Of a DNA stretch of 64,000 bases, positions 59,243-64,000 are shown one piece after another (the stretch's first letter is position 1; every line of letters begins with the position of its first letter). This DNA comes from an uncultured Planctomycetaceae bacterium (GTDB lineage: Bacteria > Planctomycetota > Planctomycetia > Isosphaerales > Isosphaeraceae). The stretch lies in the NCBI GenBank assembly GCA_963833985.1, contig CAWIAD010000001.1, positions 2,304,001 through 2,368,000 on the forward strand. The letters are read 5' to 3'. The position numbers and the translations under genes were made by a program. Under the pieces are notes generated by a model. That model did no database searches. It saw nothing but the letters and a program-made list of their open reading frames with translations, and was not told the origin of the DNA.

Positions 59243-60298
59243 ATGTTGGCTCGTCCATCCCGCACGCGCTGGGGCCGGCTCACGCTGCTTCACGCCCTGG
59301 CCATCCTCTTCCTGCGCAGCACCCACAGCCCTGTCCAGGCGTTTGCCGAAGAGGCCGATGCCATCACCTGGAGAACCGACTACGCCACCGCCCTGGAAGA
59401 AGCACGGGTGCAGAATCGTCTGCTCTGGATCCAGTTCACCGGGCCATGGTGCCCCAACTGCACGCGCATGGAGCAGGACTCCTTCTCTCATCCGGCCATC
59501 CGCCAGCATGCGCAGCAGTCGTTCGTGCCGGTGAAGCTGCGCTCCGACGTGCACGAGCAACTGGCCCTGAGCTTCGAGCTCTCCGGCCTGCCGGCGACGG
59601 TGATCGTCGCTCCATCGCGGCAGGTTGTCGCCGTGCGGCAGGGATACCTCGGCCCGGACGACCTCGATCGCCTGCTGCAATCCGCGACCAGGGAGCACAC
59701 GCTGCTCGCCCAGAATTCTTCCGGCAAGCCCGGCGCAGCGAGCGGCAAGCCGGTCGACGGCTCGCCGGAACAGACCAGGCCACGGACCAAACGGGAGACG
59801 CAGGTGGCGCTTTCCGGCTACTGCCCGGTCAGCCTCGTCTCCGACAAGCGGCTGGTGCCCGGACAGACCGAGTACACGGTGACCCACGAGGGCCGGCTCT
59901 ACCGCTTCGCCAGCCTGCTCACATTCAATCTCTTCCGCCGCGACCCCGAACGCTACGTGCCGGTGAATGACGGCAACTGCCCGGTCACCCAGCTCGATCG
60001 CCGCACCGCGCAGCCCGGCGATCCCCGGTACGGGGTGCTCTACCAGGGCCGGCTCTTCCTCTGTGCGACGGATGCCGACCGCAAGAAGTTCCTTCAGGAG
60101 CCGCTCCGCTATGCGGCCATTGACGTCGCCGAGCAGGGCTTCTGTCCCCACTGCCTGGCCGAGAATGGGATCCTGGTGCGCGGGGACCCGCGCTACGAGC
60201 TGAACCGCGAGGGCCGGCATTACTGGTTCCCGGACGCGACCCATCGCGAAGCGTTCATCTCCGCCGCGTCCTCGAGCGAGCCGCCCACCCGACGGTAG
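59243..60298 (+). CDS. Exported thioredoxin-fold protein with three YHS-like domains
   Basis: FTGPWCPNC; GYCPV..F..DPERY, GNCPV..F..EPLRY, GFCPHC..YWF. Confidence 0.85.
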   Translation: MLARPSRTRWGRLTLLHALAILFLRSTHSPVQAFAEEADAITWRTDYATALEEARVQNRLLWIQFTGPWCPNCTRMEQDSFSHPAIRQHAQQSFVPVKLRSDVHEQLALSFELSGLPATVIVAPSRQVVAVRQGYLGPDDLDRLLQSATREHTLLAQNSSGKPGAASGKPVDGSPEQTRPRTKRETQVALSGYCPVSLVSDKRLVPGQTEYTVTHEGRLYRFASLLTFNLFRRDPERYVPVNDGNCPVTQLDRRTAQPGDPRYGVLYQGRLFLCATDADRKKFLQEPLRYAAIDVAEQGFCPHCLAENGILVRGDPRYELNREGRHYWFPDATHREAFISAASSSEPPTRR

Positions 60299-60385
60299 GC
60301 CCCCCAAACGTCGCACGACGATCCGCCGGGAGGCCCGCAGCCTTTCGGCTCGACGCTCCAACCCTGTCCCACGCGATCTCCTCGC

Positions 60386-60481
60386 GTGGGACAAGATTCC
60401 AATCTTGTCATGATTTAAACTATTAAAATATTGCTAGCTTGATAATAAAATATGTGCGACACGATTGGAATCGTATTCCAC
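60386..60481. repeat. Inverted pair of second-family REP-like palindromes around an AT-rich spacer
   Basis: GTGGGACAAGATTCCAATCTTGTCAT ... GACACGATTGGAATCGTATTCCAC. Confidence 0.8.
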
Positions 60482-60705
60482 GTGAGAGGCTTGAAGGGCA
60501 AGTGGTGAGGTTTGCCGGCAATACATCTGTTTCTCCTCTCCGACCCCTCGGCTCCCCATGCCACGGCGACAACCGTCGGCCTTGCGTTCGTTCCCTTTCG
60601 GGATTGACTCCGAACGCTCCCAGCTCTGTCACCGCCGTTCTCGCCATGTGGACCTCCGAGCGTACCAGGTGCAGTCAGCCGAGCCAGTTTCCGGTGGCAG
60701 CGGGC

Positions 60706-61497
60706 TCACGGCCCGCCCAGGATCCACCCTTCCACCTCGGCGACACTCCGTTGCTCGGGCGTGAGCGGAGGCTGGAAGCAGCCCGCGAGACGGCCTTCGC
60801 GATCAGCGGACTGCATCCAGAGGGCGGCCGCGAACGCGTCGTGCTGGTCGGGCGTGCGGTCCCCGCGGGGGACGGTCCTGCTCCAGAGTGACGGATAAAT
60901 CTCCGCGACGGTCGATTTCCGGGCCGGCACTTCCCAGCCGTCGAACGGCCAGAAATGCAGGCGCGAGCCGAGCTGCCCGCGCAGGTAGCGCAGCCATGGC
61001 AAACCGGCGTGCGTCGACTTGGCAACCGAGCCCTGGACGTCGAAGTGAAACACCGACTTGGCCGCGCCCGCGCGTGCTTCCGTGAGCCGCTTCCACTGCG
61101 CCTGGCCGCGCCGGGCCGCACCGTTGCCGCAAACGCCGTCGCGAACGAGATCCACGTAAGTATGGTCCTCATCGGTCGGCCAGTGAGCCTGGAAGTCGTC
61201 CAGGAACGACGGCCAATCGTGCGGCAAGCCGTAGGCCTCGAAGTAGCGGATCGGAAACGAAAAGCCGTGGTCGATGCCGGCAAGCGTCGGCACATCTTCC
61301 CTCAGCCGCTCCACCAGCCACTCCGCCATGCCCCGGCGCGTCCAGTACTTCCGCGGACTCGCCGACGGCAAGACCTCGGCGGGCATTCCGTTGCGATCGG
61401 CCATGTAGACCCGCAACCCCTTCAAACTCGAGGTCGGCGTCTGCGCACCGGAGTAGTCGATGGCGATGGAGCGGTCGAACATCGGGGAAGTCGTCAT
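60706..61497 (-). CDS. Hypothetical protein with predicted RNase H-like fold (DUF429-like)
   Basis: IAIDYSGA, GIDHGFSFP, HFWPFDGW, AEIYPS, DQHDAFA, EGWILG. Confidence 0.7.
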   Translation of the reverse strand: MTTSPMFDRSIAIDYSGAQTPTSSLKGLRVYMADRNGMPAEVLPSASPRKYWTRRGMAEWLVERLREDVPTLAGIDHGFSFPIRYFEAYGLPHDWPSFLDDFQAHWPTDEDHTYVDLVRDGVCGNGAARRGQAQWKRLTEARAGAAKSVFHFDVQGSVAKSTHAGLPWLRYLRGQLGSRLHFWPFDGWEVPARKSTVAEIYPSLWSRTVPRGDRTPDQHDAFAAALWMQSADREGRLAGCFQPPLTPEQRSVAEVEGWILGGP

Positions 61498-61677
61498 GGC
61501 GATCGGGCCAGCAGGCCTTTGTCCTCGCTCAAGGTCAGGGTGAGCCACTGCGTTGCACAAGGTTCCTGGTCTTTACCGTACCATGGAAACAGATTCGGGG
61601 AATGATTCGAGTGTCGGCGGAGACTACACGAGTCGAGCACGAGTCGCCGGGTCGCGAGACGTTGATCGGTTCAGGCC

Positions 61678-64000
61678 ATGAAACTGTACAAGCAGATCGA
61701 AACCCTTCAGCAGGCGGGCACGTCGGCCGGGCTCGGCGACAGCCAGTTACTGGAGCGGTTTCTTCAAGCTCGGGGCGAGAGCGCGGAAGCCGCATTCGCT
61801 GCGATTGTCGACCGCCACGGCGCCATGGTCTTGCGCGTTTGCCGGCAGGTCCTGGGTGATGAGCATGAGGCGCAGGATGCCTCGCAGGCGGCCTTCCTGA
61901 TCCTGGCGCGACGGGCCGGCTCGATCGGCCGCAAGGATTCCGTCGCTTGCTGGCTACACGGCGTGGCGCTCCGGGTGGCAAGCCGGCTGCAGCTCGCCGC
62001 CGTACGCCGGCGGAGGCGCGAACAGCGCGGGGGAGAGATCATGATGGCTCGTCGCGACGTCAACCACGGAATCGTGGAACCCGGAGATGGCGACCGCTGG
62101 GCCAGGCTGCACGGCGAGCTGCGCCGGTTGCCCGAAACGTTCCGCGCACCGCTCGTCCTGTGCTACCTGGAGGGCCTGACCCAGGAGCAGGCGGCGGCTC
62201 AGGTGGGCTGTCCGCTCGGAACCATCCAGAGCCGGCTGCGCGCGGACGGGCGAGACTGAAAGCCCGGCTCGAGCGGGCTGGCGTCGAGTTCTCGGCGCTG
62301 CTGGCAGGCCCGGGAAGCCTTGCATTCAAACCCTTGCAGCCGGCACCCGCATCCTGGGCCGAGGCGACCGTCAACCTCGCCATGCAGTTCGCGCACGGAA
62401 AGGGGCCTGCCATCGCCGGCACTGGACTGGTCTCGACCACCCTTGCCGAGGAGGTCCTGCGCGCGGTCGTCCTCTCCAGGATCAAGGCGGCCGTGGTCGT
62501 AGCGATCCTTTCCGCGTTCCTTGTGGCGGGAGGCCTGCTCCGGGCCAGGTCAGGACGCAATACGGACGGTGACCGGACGGACGGCGAGGCCCCGGTTGCG
62601 CAAGCGGCACCTGGGCCCGGGCCCGCTCAGCAACCGCCCCAGGCGGATGAGCCGCGCCTGGTCAAGCGACGCGTTCAGGGGATCGTCCGCGACGAGAACG
62701 GCCGGCCCGCGCCCAGGGTCTGGTTCGGCCATGACATCCGTCCCCGGGAAGACACCTGGCGGACCATCGAGCTGGAGCGGATCCGCGAGCGGCATGAGCC
62801 GTTCCGCGATACGCAGGGCCGCGTCGTTCCTCCCGGGCCGCTCGGCAAGTACTTCGAAATCCGCGACGATCAGGGCTACTGGAAGCCCGTTGCGCCCGGG
62901 GATGTGCGGCTTGAAGACGCCTCCGAGCGTCGTCCGCCGGCTCCCCGTCCGCACACAGACGTGGGGAAGGACGGTCGCGACGATCATCCAGCTCAACCCA
63001 GGCCCGACTACCTGCTCCGCACCACGAGCGGCAAGTGGATGGTCCCGCCGAGCTCGTTCAGCGATTTCGTGGCGGATCGCACGGACGCTGAGGGCCGGTT
63101 CTCGGCCGAGGTCCTGATTGACAGGCAACTCGGGGCAACTCAGCTCCTCTTTGCCACCCCGGACTTCTCGCGGCAGGCGATTCACGTCGTTCATCTCGAC
63201 GATCCGGAGGTCCCGGTCGAGGTCACGCTGCGCCCTGCTCGCGAAGTGCGAACGCCAGTGATCGAGGTCCCCGAAGACCACCCGGACGAAGAATTCCTCT
63301 GTACCGTCTACACGGTCGAACCGGCTCATGCCAGCCCCTACAACATTCCAGCCATCGGGACAAAGGGTGCTGTCTGGGGGGAGTTCCCTCTGAAGAGCGG
63401 TCCCGGGAATGGTCCAAAGGGCGTGCGCTGGCTGGAAGCGCGCTTGCCCGCGGGGAAATACAAGGTCCGTTTCCGGAGCGACACGCTCTACGACGTTGAG
63501 GACCTGGTGATTCCACCCGGTGAAGGCCCTATCGAGCTGCCTGGGATGACCATCAAGACGCTCGCCTGGGTGCTCATGCTGGGCAAGCCCGCGGCCGAGA
63601 TCGAGGCTGTCGATGTCGACGGCAAGCCCGCCAAGCTCGAGGACGATCGCGGCAAGGTCGTGGTTCTTGTCTTCTGGACCAGCAAGGACATCTGGTTCCG
63701 GCCCGTCCCGCATCTCGCGAAGCTTCGCGAGCGGTTCAGGGACCAGCCGCTTTCCATTCTTGCGATCCACGACGCCTCGATCACATCGCTGGCGACCTTC
63801 AGGCAAGTGGTAGACTCGATGCGCGAGCAGATCGGCGCCGACACCGCGCTCCGCTTCCTGCTCGACCGCCCGCCTGGCCGGCAGGGAAGGAATGTCGCCC
63901 GCCAAGGTGGGAGAAGTCGGCTCGGGGCGCACGATTGAATTCTATGAAGCTAACACGTCGTCCGTCTTCGTCGTGAACAGGACCGGCAAGCTCGCCTCAG
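61678..64000 (+). CDS. ECF sigma-70 factor with a putative membrane helix, beta-rich region and C-terminal TlpA-like domain; frameshifts near 62240 and 63880; runs off the right edge
   Basis: RHGAMVLRVCR, QDASQAAFLIL, LPETFRAPLVLCYLEGLTQEQAA, then TDAEGRF and GKPAAEI..DGKPAKLED.RGKVVVLVFW. Confidence 0.85.

Overview
GC-rich bacterial DNA whose gene content suggests a planctomycete, probably Isosphaeraceae-like (inference): three long ECF sigma factors with C-terminal extensions, Ser/Thr kinases, an nfeD-nfeD-floA operon and a TIGR03009-like protein. It is mostly ordinary chromosome (mfd, nucleotide-sugar and glycosyltransferase genes, ABC and MFS transporters, thioredoxins, a kinase/phosphatase pair). 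About 14 single-base frameshifts, two of them in mfd, suggest long-read indel errors. The main accessory region (about 34.9-42.4 kb) holds three things. (1) An IS4-family element sits inside a GTAG REP hairpin with an unusually long, perfect 20-bp target duplication. (2) A PvuII-like methyltransferase is coupled to a PD-(D/E)XK nuclease that does not look like R.PvuII, and CAGCTG is almost absent from the window. (3) There is a stand-alone HIRAN gene and an ABC-ATPase + DUF4276 (TOPRIM-like) pair, a PARIS-like defence candidate. The window also has a Mutator-type IS with a 9-bp target duplication and several families of short intergenic repeats, including a three-part element seen three times. 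I found no rRNA, tRNA or CRISPR array. All calls come from reading motifs by eye; no searches were run.
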